Counted from the stretch's first letter, positions 1 through 10,248 are shown. The stretch is DNA of 64,000 bases from Catalinimonas alkaloidigena (GCF_900100765.1 NZ_FNFO01000003.1:469348-533347); one strand, 5' to 3'. Program-made: numbers and translations. Notes: a model not told the origin generated them from the sequence alone.

Positions 1-1995
1 CGTGGCCGACGCGCCCGTCCCGATTTTGCGCGGAAGGGCGTGGAGGCGGGTGATCACCGGGGCGTAGCTGATGTAGGGCACCACCCGAATGGTGTCCTGT
101 GCCGTGGCGGTGCCGCCTTGCCCGTCCGAAACGGTGCAGGTCAGGGTAAACGTCCCGGACGTATCGGGTGCGATCCACGCCACGGCGGCACCGCTTCCCT
201 GAAACGTGCCGCCTGTGGCCGACCATGTGTAGGTCAACGAATCGCCGTCCTGGTCTTCGGCGGTGCAGTAAAACAGCGCACTGTCTCCCTGCGCTACCAC
301 CGAGTCGGCACTGGCCAGCGCTTTGATGCGGGGTGGCACGTTTGCAACCGATTCGCCATTCTGGTAGTCGATCACGATGCCGTTGACAAGCCGCCGGTGG
401 CCCACGACGGTTTCGGTTCCGGTGCCCGGCACCACCACCAGCACCACGGCGGCATTGGCCGGAAGCGGGAGCGCCGTCATGCCCGAGGCGTTCTCGACCA
501 CAAACTGGTTGCTCACTGCGTCGTAGAGACGGTATTGACCTGCGCCTACGTCGATCGATACCGTCTGCGCCGTTGTGTAGGGGTTGTAATACAGGTACGT
601 CGGGTAGGCGTCTTTCTGGAAATAGTCGGTTCTGCGCGCATCCAGCCGCAGAATCATGGGCACCTCCGTGGTGTCGACAATACCGCCCAGAATGCCCACG
701 TGCGACGAACCGTAGAGTGTCAGGTTGGTCGCGCCCCAGCCGCCGTCCATCGCATCGCCGGTGGCGTAGGGCGATTGTCCGTTTTTCTGGCGGCGGATGG
801 CCTCGTAGCCGATGTAGCCCTTCGGGTCGTACTGCTGCGCCCAGTCTTCATTGTCCTGCTGTTCGGCGGGCAGGTACGGCGCATAAAACAGGCGGGAGGC
901 GTTCGCCAGGTTCAACATCCACTTCCCGATGGCCCGCGCAAAGCGGTCGTCGTAGCGCACCAGCGGCACCAGCGCCCCGGCCTGTTCGTAGCCGTTCATG
1001 GCGAAGGCGTAGTCGTTGCTGCTGACCTCCCCGATCAGCCCCGACACCTCGTAGCCGCCCCACGTGCCGGTAATCGCTCCCCAGCTCCGCAACGGCCCAA
1101 CGTTGAAACACCAGTTCATCAGTTTCTCCACGTCGTACGCCGTTCCGAGCTCGGCGTTCATGCGCGCGGCGGCGTAAACCCCATAGGGCAGTTGCAGTTC
1201 GTACGAAGGGTTGTTCGTGAGTCCTGACAGAAACTCCAGGCACCACTCCGCCCCTTTGCGGTAGCGCTCTTCACCCGTTTCCACGTAGGCGTTGTACAAA
1301 AGCCAGCCCAGCGCGCCCGCCGCTTCCGGCTCGATCACTCCGGAGGTCAATGGCGTCATGGAAGCCAGTCGCCAGGCCCGGTAGTTCATGTTCGGCTGTT
1401 GCCAGGGCGCTTCCTGCCCGCCCATGGTTTCGACGGCTTCGAGCCAACGATCTGCCACGGTGGTGAGTTGGGTCGCAAACGCCGGCGTGTTGGGATAGAG
1501 GTCGTAGAGTTGGTAGAAAAACACGTTCGGCATCACGTCGTACCACCAGTCGTTGCCGCTACTCGTCACTTTACCGTTCAGGTACACGTTTTCGCCCGGG
1601 CGGCGGTTGAACCACTCGCGCGCCTGCACCACCCAGTTTTCTCCGTACTGGTTGCTTTTGTCGAGGCCCACCAGCGTCGCGCCGATCAGGGCGGGCAGCG
1701 CATTGATGCCTTCGTGGTTGTCGGGGTAAGGCGTTCCGACCACCGTGTGCAGTCCGAACGAAGGCTGGTCGGGATAGTTGACCGGCGTCTCGTCCCGTTC
1801 GATCAGCGGCAGGTACGCACCCGTCCGCGAGAAATCAAACACCAGGGAGTCGTAGCCACGCGCCACACGAGCCCAGTCGCGCATCAGGTAGGGCGTCGGT
1901 TGGTCGGGCATTTGGTCGATGCGCGGAATGGCGATCTGCTGTCCCCAGACGGGCAGTGCGATCAGTAGAAGCAGAAGGGTGGTACGTAAGGGCAA
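1..1995 (-). CDS. Secreted glycoside-hydrolase-like protein with internal PKD/Ig-like domain. It is 5'-partial in this window, the last gene of the SusC/SusD locus, and probably starts at TTG.
   Basis: Manual reverse-complement translation gives an uninterrupted frame from 1995 to position 1 (over 660 codons, no stop). The TTG at 1995-1993 yields MPLRTTLLLLLIALPVWGQQ, a signal peptide. The body is W/Y-rich and glycosidase-like (NDWWYDVMPNVFFYQLYDLYPNTPAF). A PKD-like segment reads ALFYCTAEDQDGDSLTYTWSATGGTF. It is absent from the ORF track because it has no in-window stop. The plus-strand ORFs 40-1227, 1399-1968 and 1919-2914 are antisense artefacts. Confidence 0.6.
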   Translation of the reverse strand, partial: MPLRTTLLLLLIALPVWGQQIAIPRIDQMPDQPTPYLMRDWARVARGYDSLVFDFSRTGAYLPLIERDETPVNYPDQPSFGLHTVVGTPYPDNHEGINALPALIGATLVGLDKSNQYGENWVVQAREWFNRRPGENVYLNGKVTSSGNDWWYDVMPNVFFYQLYDLYPNTPAFATQLTTVADRWLEAVETMGGQEAPWQQPNMNYRAWRLASMTPLTSGVIEPEAAGALGWLLYNAYVETGEERYRKGAEWCLEFLSGLTNNPSYELQLPYGVYAAARMNAELGTAYDVEKLMNWCFNVGPLRSWGAITGTWGGYEVSGLIGEVSSNDYAFAMNGYEQAGALVPLVRYDDRFARAIGKWMLNLANASRLFYAPYLPAEQQDNEDWAQQYDPKGYIGYEAIRRQKNGQSPYATGDAMDGGWGATNLTLYGSSHVGILGGIVDTTEVPMILRLDARRTDYFQKDAYPTYLYYNPYTTAQTVSIDVGAGQYRLYDAVSNQFVVENASGMTALPLPANAAVVLVVVPGTGTETVVGHRRLVNGIVIDYQNGESVANVPPRIKALASADSVVAQGDSALFYCTAEDQDGDSLTYTWSATGGTFQGSGAAVAWIAPDTSGTFTLTCTVSDGQGGTATAQDTIRVVPYISYAPVITRLHALPRKIGTGASAT

Positions 1996-2023
1996 CCGTG
2001 TGTGCGTTAGGATTGAGAAAAAG

Positions 2024-3505
2024 TTAATCGCCGTAGCCGGGGTTCTGGGTGAGCTGCGCGTTCAGGTCCTGTTCGGTCTGCGGAATGGGAAACAGCTCGT
2101 GTTTGTTCTCCTGAAATCCGGCTTCGCCCGCCGCGTGCATCACCTCGGCAGCCACGCCCCAGCGGGTCAGGTCGAAGTAGCGGTGCATCTCAAACCCCAG
2201 TTCTACCCGCCGCTCGTGGCGGATCGCCTGAACCATGTCGGCCTGCGAAAGCCCCTGCACCGGAGGCAGGGCCGACGGATCGCTCGCCTGTGCGCGGGCG
2301 CGGGCCCGGACTCGCTCCAGTGGCACTTCGGCGGCGGCGGCGTTTCCCAGCTCGGCCTGGGCTTCGGCCTCCCACAGCAGCACGTCGGCAAAGCGGATGG
2401 CGCGGTAATTCAGGTCGCCATCGGCAATGGGACGGTCGGCGTTGCGGCTCTGCGGTTCAAGGTATTTTTTGGCGGTGTAGCCCGTAACCGAGTACAGCTT
2501 ATTGCTCGGGTAGGGTTCGCCGAAAAAGTCGTTCCCGGCACGCCCCACCGTAAAGTCCAGGCGCGGATCGCCCGCTTCGAAGACATCGACAAAGTTTTGC
2601 GTGGGCAGGTTGAAGCCGTAGCCCCCGCCGTAAAAACGCGGGGCCAGAAACTGGTTCAGGTAGTTGCCCTGCGGCGGCACCGCTTTGCTGACGTGCTGAA
2701 TTTCCCACACCGACTCCCGGTTGTTTTCTGTGGCAACCCGGAAGTTGTCCTGGTAGTCGGGCATCAGGTCGTACACACCCAGCGCTTTGATCTGCTCAAC
2801 GGTGGTCAGCACTTCCTGCCATTTTCGCTGAAACAGGTACGCTTTCGCCAAGAGTGCCAGCGCGGCCCCTTGTGTCGCGCGTCCCACGTCGGCCCCGCTG
2901 TACGCCACCGGTAATACCTGCGCCGCCGCGGTGGCATCCTGTTCAATCAATGCCCACGTTGCTGCCTGCGTCGCACGCGGAATGCGCAGTTGGCCGGGGT
3001 CCAGCACCGTGGTGTACAGCGGCAACGGCCCGAACAGCTTGGTCAGCTCGAAGTAATAATACGCCCGCAGGAAATGTGCCTCGCCCAAAAGGCGCGCTTT
3101 CAGCCCTTCGTCCATCGCGATGGACGGCACCTTGTCGAGCACCAGGTTGCAGTTGTTAATGCCGTCAAAGTAGAGCGACCACTGGATCACGAGGTTTTCG
3201 TTGTCGGGAAAGATGCTGAAGTTGTCCAGCAGCAGGATGTCGGCCTGCGTCGCATCCCCGCCTTTGATGGCATCGTCCGACACCACATCGCCGAACACCC
3301 ACATGCGGTTGTTGTTCTGTTGCGTGAAGTTGAGGCGCGAATACGCGGCGTTGACCGCCAGCATCGCGTCCGATTCCGACTGGTAAAACAGGTTTTCGTC
3401 CGACTGACCGATGCGGTCGCGGTCCAGAAAATTTTCGCCACAGGCCGACAGCAGAACGAGCGTGAGGCAGCAGGCAAGCGAGGGGAGCGTCTTCATCGGC
3501 ATCAC
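2024..3505 (-). CDS. susD: SusD/RagB-family nutrient-binding outer-membrane lipoprotein
   Basis: 493 aa. Lipoprotein signal (LLSAC). SusD-like N-terminal region (AMLAVNAAYSRL). It abuts SusC with a 2-bp gap. Confidence 0.9.
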   Translation of the reverse strand: MMPMKTLPSLACCLTLVLLSACGENFLDRDRIGQSDENLFYQSESDAMLAVNAAYSRLNFTQQNNNRMWVFGDVVSDDAIKGGDATQADILLLDNFSIFPDNENLVIQWSLYFDGINNCNLVLDKVPSIAMDEGLKARLLGEAHFLRAYYYFELTKLFGPLPLYTTVLDPGQLRIPRATQAATWALIEQDATAAAQVLPVAYSGADVGRATQGAALALLAKAYLFQRKWQEVLTTVEQIKALGVYDLMPDYQDNFRVATENNRESVWEIQHVSKAVPPQGNYLNQFLAPRFYGGGYGFNLPTQNFVDVFEAGDPRLDFTVGRAGNDFFGEPYPSNKLYSVTGYTAKKYLEPQSRNADRPIADGDLNYRAIRFADVLLWEAEAQAELGNAAAAEVPLERVRARARAQASDPSALPPVQGLSQADMVQAIRHERRVELGFEMHRYFDLTRWGVAAEVMHAAGEAGFQENKHELFPIPQTEQDLNAQLTQNPGYGD

Positions 3506-3507
3506 GG

Positions 3508-6500
3508 TTAGAAAGAGAGGTTAAGGCCCAGGGTGTAGATGCGAGGTTGCGGATAGGTACCCCAGTCGATGCCCACCGCCAGATCGTTCTGTCCCCGGTC
3601 GTTGTCGTTGGTGCCCATCTCGGGGTCCAGCCCCGGATAGTTCGTGAGCGTGAACGCGTTCTGCACACTGAAGTAGACACGGGTTTGCGAAAGGTGCGCC
3701 GCTTCGAGCCAGGAGGCCGGCAACGTGTAGCCCAGCGTCACGTTTTTCAGGCGCAGGTACGAGCCGTCTTCCAGAAACCGCGTCGAGTTGCGGGTGTTGT
3801 TGTTTTCATCCACCAGCACAACGCGCGGCATCGAGTTGCTGGTGCCGGGGCCGGTCCACCGTTCCAGAATTTCGGCCGACGAGTTGAAGGGGCGGGAGGC
3901 GTCTTCGCTGATCCGCCCGGCGTAGTTGTAGAGATCATTGCCCTGCACGCCCTGCACAAACGCCCGCAAATCGAACCCCCGGAAGCCCGCCGTGGCGGTG
4001 AGTCCGTAACTAAAGTCCGGAAACGGGCTGCCGATGTGCATCCGGTCGGCTCCGTCGATCACACCGTCGTCGTTGAGATCGCGGAAGCGGATGTCGCCAG
4101 GTGCCGTCCCGGCCGCCTGAAAGGCATGCGCATCGATTTCGCTCTGGTCCTGAAAGAGGCCATCGGCGACGTACAGGTAAAACGAGCCGATCGGGTAACC
4201 CGGCTCGGTGCGGGTCAGCGGAGGCGTCTGGCTGTTGCTCAGCCCGCCGGAAATCGGCTCGCCGCTACCCAGCGAAAGCACTTCGTTATGAATCGTTGTG
4301 AAGTTGGCGTCGACACTCCATGTAAACGGCCCGTCGTTGCTCTGGTACCCCAGCGACAGTTCCAATCCCCGGTTCTCCACGTCGCCGGCGTTGACGTAAG
4401 GAGCGCTTGCTTTCCCGGCCGCCAGCGGCAACGGCACCGGCACCAGCATGTCGGACGTGCGGCGGATGAAGTAGTCGGCGGTAAACGAAAGGCGATCTTT
4501 CCACAGGCTTACGTCCAGCCCTACGTTCGTAGTAGCGGAGGTTTCCCACTTCCGGTTGGCGTCGCCACGCGCCACCACCGCATAGCTCCGCACGGCCTGT
4601 TGCGGATTGCCGAAGGTGTAACCCACCGTCTCGTCGACGAGCGACGACGGATAGTAGTCGGGAATCTGGTCGTTGCCCAGTTGCCCCCACCCGGCCCGCA
4701 ACTTCAGGTTCGAAAGCCAGGCGACGTCGCTCAGGAAGGCCTCGTTCGACAGGCGCCATCCCACCGAGACCGACGGAAAAATGCCGTAGCGTTGGTTACG
4801 CCCGAACCGCGAAGAGCCGTCGCGACGGAGGTTGGCGGTCAGCAGATAGCGATTGCCGTATTCGTACGTGGCCCGCGCAAACAAGGAAAACAGCGCCCAG
4901 TCGTAGGCCGTCTCCGAGTTCTGAATCTGGCTCAGCCCCCGCGAGAGGTAGCGGAAGTTGGGACGCTGGTCAGGAAAGTTGCTGCGCGAAGCGTTGGTAA
5001 AATGGCTCTGGTTTTGGATGGCTTCCGTTCCGATCACCGCCGTGGCGTAGTGCCGCTCGCCAAAGTAACGGCTGTACGACAGCGTGTTGGTCCAGTTCAT
5101 CGTCGCTGTGCGCAGGTCGGTCAGGCTAAGGGAATTGGGATTATTGATGCGCCCGAAATTGCCCCACTGCTCGTTGAAGCGTTTGTCTTCACCCGTCAGA
5201 AAATCGATGCCCCCGTCCGAACGGAACTTCAGGTCTTTTATGATTTCCCACTCGGCATAGAGGTTGCCGAACAGGCGGTAGCGCCGCTCTTTGTTGTCCG
5301 TTTTCTCGGACAGCCCCACCGGATTGTAACCATCGCCGAAAAACGACTGGTCGGCGGGAAGATCGCTGTATTCTCCGTTTGCGTTCCGGAGCGGAATGGC
5401 CGGCGCCCGCAACAGCGCGTACCGGATAATGCCCCCGCCGTTGCCCCCCCCCCCATCGCCCGAACTGCCCACGACGTCTTTCTTCGAGTAGGTCAGCGTC
5501 AGGTTGGTACCTACTTTCACCTGTTTGCTGAGGTCCGCGTTGACGTTGGAGCGGAACGAATACCGCTCGAACCCGGAATTCGGGATGATGCCCTCCTGAT
5601 TAAAGTAATTTCCGGCGAGGTAGAAACGGATGCGCTCGCTGCCGCCGCTGGCCGACAGGTTGTAACTCTGGATGGGCGCAACGCGAAACAGCGCATCGAG
5701 CCAGTCGGTGTTGGGTAAGGAATCGGCGTTGCCGGTAAACGGACTGATGGCCAGGGGCCCCTGCCCGTTTGCGGCCCGCTGGGCGTTGGTGTTGGCGATG
5801 GCCTCGTTCCGGATTTCGACGTACTGGGGCGTATTGAGGAGTTTGGGAAGGCGATACGCCTCCTGCCAACCGTAGTAGCTGTCGAGGTTGAACGTGGTTT
5901 TGCCACTCTTGCCCGATTTGGTAGTGATGATCACGACGCCGTTGGCAGCTCGGGCACCGTAGATCGACGCCGCGGCGGCATCTTTCAATACCGAAATCGA
6001 CTCGATGTCGCGCTGGTTGAACGTGTTGATCGGTCCCTTGGTGGGTACCCCGTCGATGATGTAGAGCGGGCTGTTATCGTTGATGCTGCCCACGCCCCGG
6101 ATGCGCACCCGAATGTCGTCGCCGGGCGCGCCGGTTCCCTGCGTAACTTGCACCCCCGCGGCCTGTCCCTGCAAGGCCTGGTCGATGCTGATGTTGGGCA
6201 ACTGGTTCAGCTTCTGCGGATCGATCGACGCCACCGCGCCCGTCACATTTTGCTTTTCCTGCGTGCCGTAGCCCACTACCACCACTTCCGAAAGGGCCTG
6301 CACGTTGTCGGCCAGTTGTATGTTCAGGGTCGTCTGGTTCCCCACGAGAATTTCCTGCGTGATGTACCCGATGGACGAAAACACCAGCACGGCGCTCTCG
6401 TCGGGTACGGCTAGGGTATAATTTCCGTCTACATCCGTCACTGTCCCGCTGGCCGTACCTTTCAGCAGCACATTCACGCCGGGAATGCCTTGGCCCTGCG

Positions 6501-6984
6501 CGTCGGTTACCTGTCCGGTCACCCGGATTTCCACCGATAACGGCAAGGCGAGGGTCGCGAACCGGGACGATTCGGTCAGGGGCGAAGCACGCGTCAGCTG
6601 CGTGGTGGGCGGGCCCATGCCGGCGGTTCGGGACGGCACCGGCTCGACCGTGCGCGAACGGGTCGGCAGAATGGCGTAGTCGCCCGACCGCAGGCGCTTG
6701 TGCCGCAGGTTGTGGGGTTTCAACAGGGCCTTCAGGCTTTTTTCCAGGTTGCCCTGATCGCTGAATTCCCGGTCGGCAAATTTTCCTTCCAGGTAGCGGG
6801 TCTCAAAGATGAACCGCACCTGATACCGCGCCTTCAGCTCGTCGAGTACGGCCGTCAGCGCACGTTCCGACGTCTGGGATGGCGTGGCCGACGGAGCCTG
6901 CCGGGACGACGCCAGGGGCTGCGCCCAGCCCGCGCTGGAAAGGCAGCTCAGGAGAAACCCTACAACATAAAAAAGTGAGCGCAT
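3508..6984 (-). CDS. susC: SusC/RagA-family TonB-dependent outer-membrane receptor with an N-terminal STN (anti-sigma signalling) extension
   Basis: 1158 aa. Signal peptide, then an STN-like roughly 100-aa extension, then a carboxypeptidase-regulatory-like domain (VTGQVTDAQGQGIPGVNVLLKG...DGNYTL), plug and barrel. The C-terminal TonB-dependent-receptor terminal residue is F. Confidence 0.9.
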   Translation of the reverse strand: MRSLFYVVGFLLSCLSSAGWAQPLASSRQAPSATPSQTSERALTAVLDELKARYQVRFIFETRYLEGKFADREFSDQGNLEKSLKALLKPHNLRHKRLRSGDYAILPTRSRTVEPVPSRTAGMGPPTTQLTRASPLTESSRFATLALPLSVEIRVTGQVTDAQGQGIPGVNVLLKGTASGTVTDVDGNYTLAVPDESAVLVFSSIGYITQEILVGNQTTLNIQLADNVQALSEVVVVGYGTQEKQNVTGAVASIDPQKLNQLPNISIDQALQGQAAGVQVTQGTGAPGDDIRVRIRGVGSINDNSPLYIIDGVPTKGPINTFNQRDIESISVLKDAAAASIYGARAANGVVIITTKSGKSGKTTFNLDSYYGWQEAYRLPKLLNTPQYVEIRNEAIANTNAQRAANGQGPLAISPFTGNADSLPNTDWLDALFRVAPIQSYNLSASGGSERIRFYLAGNYFNQEGIIPNSGFERYSFRSNVNADLSKQVKVGTNLTLTYSKKDVVGSSGDGGGGNGGGIIRYALLRAPAIPLRNANGEYSDLPADQSFFGDGYNPVGLSEKTDNKERRYRLFGNLYAEWEIIKDLKFRSDGGIDFLTGEDKRFNEQWGNFGRINNPNSLSLTDLRTATMNWTNTLSYSRYFGERHYATAVIGTEAIQNQSHFTNASRSNFPDQRPNFRYLSRGLSQIQNSETAYDWALFSLFARATYEYGNRYLLTANLRRDGSSRFGRNQRYGIFPSVSVGWRLSNEAFLSDVAWLSNLKLRAGWGQLGNDQIPDYYPSSLVDETVGYTFGNPQQAVRSYAVVARGDANRKWETSATTNVGLDVSLWKDRLSFTADYFIRRTSDMLVPVPLPLAAGKASAPYVNAGDVENRGLELSLGYQSNDGPFTWSVDANFTTIHNEVLSLGSGEPISGGLSNSQTPPLTRTEPGYPIGSFYLYVADGLFQDQSEIDAHAFQAAGTAPGDIRFRDLNDDGVIDGADRMHIGSPFPDFSYGLTATAGFRGFDLRAFVQGVQGNDLYNYAGRISEDASRPFNSSAEILERWTGPGTSNSMPRVVLVDENNNTRNSTRFLEDGSYLRLKNVTLGYTLPASWLEAAHLSQTRVYFSVQNAFTLTNYPGLDPEMGTNDNDRGQNDLAVGIDWGTYPQPRIYTLGLNLSF

Positions 6985-7014
6985 GGTGGTGGATACGCGT
7001 TTCAGGGTGATGAC

Positions 7015-8004
7015 TTATTGAATAAGAAGGCGGTTTTGCTCCCGCTGAATCTCCAGGTCGAGTACTTCTTCCAGGCTTTCGAGGAACACGTCCAGCGAGG
7101 GAGCCTGAATTTCGCCGGTCAGTCGCCGCTCTTCCGTGACCGGATCGGCAAAGGCGACGTCTACTCCCCACTGGTCTTTCAGATGCAAGGCAATCTCGGA
7201 CAGGGGCGTATCGTCGAATACGAACAATTGGTGCTTCCAGGCGGCCTGCGCCGCTACGTCGACGGGCTGTTTTTCCAGCCGTTGGGTCGCGTCCGAAAAC
7301 TGCCCCAGGTCGCCGGGCACCAGCATAATCGGGTCGGCAGCCGCCGCGGGCGTCACTTCGGGATTCAGTTGCAACTGGACGCTTCCCTGCTGCAAGGCGA
7401 CCTGCGTTTTCCCACGTCGGTGCCGCACGTTGAACGACGTGCCCAGCACACGGATATCGAGTTCGGGGGTGTGTACGCGAAAGGGCTGATGATTGGCTGT
7501 ATGCACCACGTCGAAAAACGCCTCGCCTTCCAACCACACGTCGCGGTCTTCCGTGGCGTCCCAGCTTGCCGGATACCGTAACTGCGAATGGGCGTTCAAC
7601 ACGACCCGCGACCCGTCGGGCAGCTCAAGCGTACGCGTCTCGCCAAAGGCGGTTTCGACACGTTCCCACTGGTTCGACAACACCCACACGGTGGCGGCGC
7701 TGCTCAGAATCAGGAAGCTGATCACGGCGGCCATTCGGTAAAGCGTGCGCTGCCGTCGCCGGGAATCTAATTGCGCCTGTACGTCCTGCCAGGCGTCCTG
7801 CACGTCCGGCTCGGAGACAACAGGATTCTGAAAACGCAACCGGCGCACCAGCTGCACGGCCTGCGCAACGGTCGGACGTTTGTCGGGATGTGCCGCCAGC
7901 CAGTCTTGCCAGAACCGTTCGGTTTCCGGTTCCGGGTGCTGTACCCAGGCAGTAAATGCCTCGTCGGCGGCAAAATCTTCTGCTTCGTAGTGATCGTACT
8001 TCAT
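7015..8004 (-). CDS. FecR-family anti-sigma factor / transmembrane sensor
   Basis: 329 aa with a FecR-type N-terminus (FTAWVQHPEPETERFWQDWLAAHPD), a single TM segment and a periplasmic FecR domain. It sits directly upstream of the STN-SusC. Confidence 0.85.
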   Translation of the reverse strand: MKYDHYEAEDFAADEAFTAWVQHPEPETERFWQDWLAAHPDKRPTVAQAVQLVRRLRFQNPVVSEPDVQDAWQDVQAQLDSRRRQRTLYRMAAVISFLILSSAATVWVLSNQWERVETAFGETRTLELPDGSRVVLNAHSQLRYPASWDATEDRDVWLEGEAFFDVVHTANHQPFRVHTPELDIRVLGTSFNVRHRRGKTQVALQQGSVQLQLNPEVTPAAAADPIMLVPGDLGQFSDATQRLEKQPVDVAAQAAWKHQLFVFDDTPLSEIALHLKDQWGVDVAFADPVTEERRLTGEIQAPSLDVFLESLEEVLDLEIQREQNRLLIQ

Positions 8005-8073
8005 CGGCCTGCGGTGCTTTCATGAGCCACTCACTCCTATTATGCAGGCCGTACGGTTTTGTACCTACGTCGT

Positions 8074-8119
8074 CCGAAAAAAATGGAACGATCAGGCGGA
8101 CGGGAAAAGGGTCCGTTCC
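8074..8119 (-). terminator. Putative intrinsic terminator overlapping the gmhA stop codon
   Basis: On the minus strand: GGAACGGACCC..CGTCCG..CGTTCC hairpin followed by A(U)7. It separates gmhA from the FecR promoter region. Confidence 0.4.
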
Positions 8120-8679
8120 AGCAGAAGAATCAGAATATGAATGATTTTGATGTGGACTTCCTGAATGCGGTCGGCGTACCCGAAATGCGGTACCCGAATT
8201 TCGACGTCGGCCTGGCCGGCCAGCTTGCCCCCGTCTTTGCCCGTCAGCAACACCACCTTCATTCTCTGCGCCCGTGCCGCTTCCACGGCTAGCATCACGT
8301 TGCGTGAGTTGCCGCTGGTGCTCAGCCCGAACAGCACATCGCCGGGGCGGCCCATGCCTTCCACAAACCGGGAGAACACGCGCTCGAATCCGTAATCGTT
8401 GCTGACGCACGAGAGGTGACTGACATCAGAAATGGCAATGGCGGGCAGCGAAGGGCGTTCGTCGCGATACCGGCCGGTAAGTTCCTCGGCAAAATGCATG
8501 GCGTCGCAGTGCGATCCCCCGTTGCCACACGAAATGATTTTGCCGCCCGCCCGAATGGCTTCTGCCATCAGGGCCGCGGCCTGTTCAATGTTCTGTACTT
8601 GTGTGGGATCGTTCAGAAAGGCGTCGAGCACACGCGCCGCCTCTTGCAACTCGTCCCGAATGGTTTGTAAATGCATCAT
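8092..8679 (-). CDS. gmhA: D-sedoheptulose-7-phosphate isomerase (phosphoheptose isomerase, SIS domain)
   Basis: 195 aa with a GmhA-like N-terminus and SIS motifs ([22 protein letters not shown] ... [19 protein letters not shown] ... [10 protein letters not shown]). Confidence 0.85.
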   Translation of the reverse strand: MMHLQTIRDELQEAARVLDAFLNDPTQVQNIEQAAALMAEAIRAGGKIISCGNGGSHCDAMHFAEELTGRYRDERPSLPAIAISDVSHLSCVSNDYGFERVFSRFVEGMGRPGDVLFGLSTSGNSRNVMLAVEAARAQRMKVVLLTGKDGGKLAGQADVEIRVPHFGYADRIQEVHIKIIHILILLLERTLFPSA

Positions 8680-8724
8680 GCCGACTTTGCAACAAAGATG
8701 CGGGGATGCTCACAGAACCGCAAC

Positions 8725-9165
8725 CTAGCGATCCGGGTCGTCGAGGTCTTCGTACGGATGGGGCGGAAGCTGCTCGGGCGGTTGCGTAGACTTCGGAGGG
8801 GTGTTGGTGGCGGGAGGCGGGGGCGTTGCGGCTTTGTCGCGGCCAAATCCCGGAATGATGGTACGGCTCTTTTTCTGCTCCGGCCGCTGCGAAGTTGCCA
8901 GGTCGTCGTAATAACGGGCTTTTACTTCGTTTACTTCCCGCTGCAGACGGGCCACCTGCCGTTGCAGTTGCGAAACGTGCGCGTTTTCGACCAGCACCTC
9001 GACGATGAACAGCAGCAATCCCCCCATCAGCCAGCCGGACCAGAACCCCACGTCGTTGACAATGTTGAGCGACCCCAGGATGCTGTCGCTGTACAAAATC
9101 AGCAGAATGCTCAGCACCAGATAAAGCGCGAAAACGAGGTACAGAAAATTTTTAAACGATTTCAT
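8725..9165 (-). CDS. LapA-like (DUF1049) inner-membrane protein with coiled coil and Pro-rich tail
   Basis: 146 aa. Two TM helices, then a coiled coil (LQRQVARLQREVNEVKARY), then a P/T-rich C-terminus. Confidence 0.45.
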   Translation of the reverse strand: MKSFKNFLYLVFALYLVLSILLILYSDSILGSLNIVNDVGFWSGWLMGGLLLFIVEVLVENAHVSQLQRQVARLQREVNEVKARYYDDLATSQRPEQKKSRTIIPGFGRDKAATPPPPATNTPPKSTQPPEQLPPHPYEDLDDPDR

Positions 9166-9189
9166 GCGAAATCTTCTTAACGACTTTAG

Positions 9190-10068
9190 TTATTCAGGTG
9201 TAGGCAGCTCCTCCAGGTATTGATTGAGTGCTTCGACCGAAGCCTCGGACGCGAACCCCTGGTTGACCACCTGGTAGTGCTGCGGGTCACACGTGTAATG
9301 ATACGCAAATTTGGCAAATGACAATCGCGTCTCTTCTTCCGCAAACAGGGGGAGCAGATCCCAGACGTCGGTAGCCCGCACGGCCGCCTTCCGCACCGCC
9401 AGAATGGCGATATCCAGTTTACGTTCGTCGGCATCGGCTTGTTCAATTTCGTCGCGCAGCGACGCCAGGGCCTGGTCGGTCAGCGTCTTTTCACACAGCG
9501 GCACCTCGTCGTCGACCGGAACGTCCATCGAATCGTCCGGCAGTTCCTCGGGCGGCAGAGCGGCTTCGGGCGAGGTGTCGTCCGGCAGCGGCTCGTCGGG
9601 CCACTGCTCTGCCGGAGGGGCCGGTGTGGCAGGCGGCGCGGTGGGCGGTGCACTGGCGACGGGTGCCGAGCCTCCGCACCGCTGGTCGGGTGGCAAGGCA
9701 AAACTGCCCACTTCCACAATGCGGTAGTTGCGCCAGCCGGCGTGTTCAATCTCGAAAATGGTTTCCTGGCCATCGCTCAACAAAATCCGGCTCGACTGCC
9801 GGTTCACCACCCCGCGTGCGGCAATTTCGAGCGTCACGAAATGCGGCCCCGGTTCGATGCCCATTGTCTTCACAAAAACATCCGGGCGCGGATTCATCAG
9901 CTTGCGGTCGATAAAAACGCGAATGCGCTGGCGGTTGCTGGTGCGAAACGTAAGCGCCGCACAGGGGCGGGCGGGTGCGACTTGCGCCGGGGCGGGGTCC
10001 TGCGGTTGCGCCCCGGCGACCGGGCTGAGGCTACACAGGAACATCAGGAGAAAGAAGAGGTTTTTCAT
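9190..10068 (-). CDS. Secreted hypothetical protein with a Pro/acidic linker and DUF4476-like C-terminal domain
   Basis: 292 aa. Signal peptide, a low-complexity PAPPA/PEELPDD linker, and a conserved C-terminal helical domain. Confidence 0.45.
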   Translation of the reverse strand: MKNLFFLLMFLCSLSPVAGAQPQDPAPAQVAPARPCAALTFRTSNRQRIRVFIDRKLMNPRPDVFVKTMGIEPGPHFVTLEIAARGVVNRQSSRILLSDGQETIFEIEHAGWRNYRIVEVGSFALPPDQRCGGSAPVASAPPTAPPATPAPPAEQWPDEPLPDDTSPEAALPPEELPDDSMDVPVDDEVPLCEKTLTDQALASLRDEIEQADADERKLDIAILAVRKAAVRATDVWDLLPLFAEEETRLSFAKFAYHYTCDPQHYQVVNQGFASEASVEALNQYLEELPTPE

Positions 10069-10248
10069 CGTCGTTCAAAGGCTTGATGAAAACAGAGAAC
10101 CAATTTTTGTACCAGTCGCAAACGCTATGTCCCGCTACGCTCCCGTGCCGGAGCCCACGGGGGGTCAAAACATGGCGTCCCTCCCGACCGTTTGTATCCG
10201 CAGGCACCGGATTTTGAATGAAAATCTTCCATCCTTTGTTTTGTAGCC

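Noticed and set aside
40-2914. Long plus-strand ORFs (40-1227, 1399-1968, 1919-2914)
   Set aside because: They are antisense to the hand-translated GH-like gene and to susD. Their composition is Arg/Gly/His/Val-rich nonsense typical of a high-GC opposite strand.
3547-5718. 723-aa plus-strand ORF
   Set aside because: It lies entirely antisense to SusC and has a low-complexity R/G/V-rich translation.
8005-8091. Expected ECF sigma factor gene upstream of FecR
   Set aside because: There is no ORF with sigma-70 region 2/4 features anywhere nearby. The gap is only 87 bp and gmhA follows.
7625-8410. 261-aa minus-strand ORF spanning the FecR and gmhA boundary
   Set aside because: It is out of frame with both real genes, Arg-rich, and crosses a predicted terminator.
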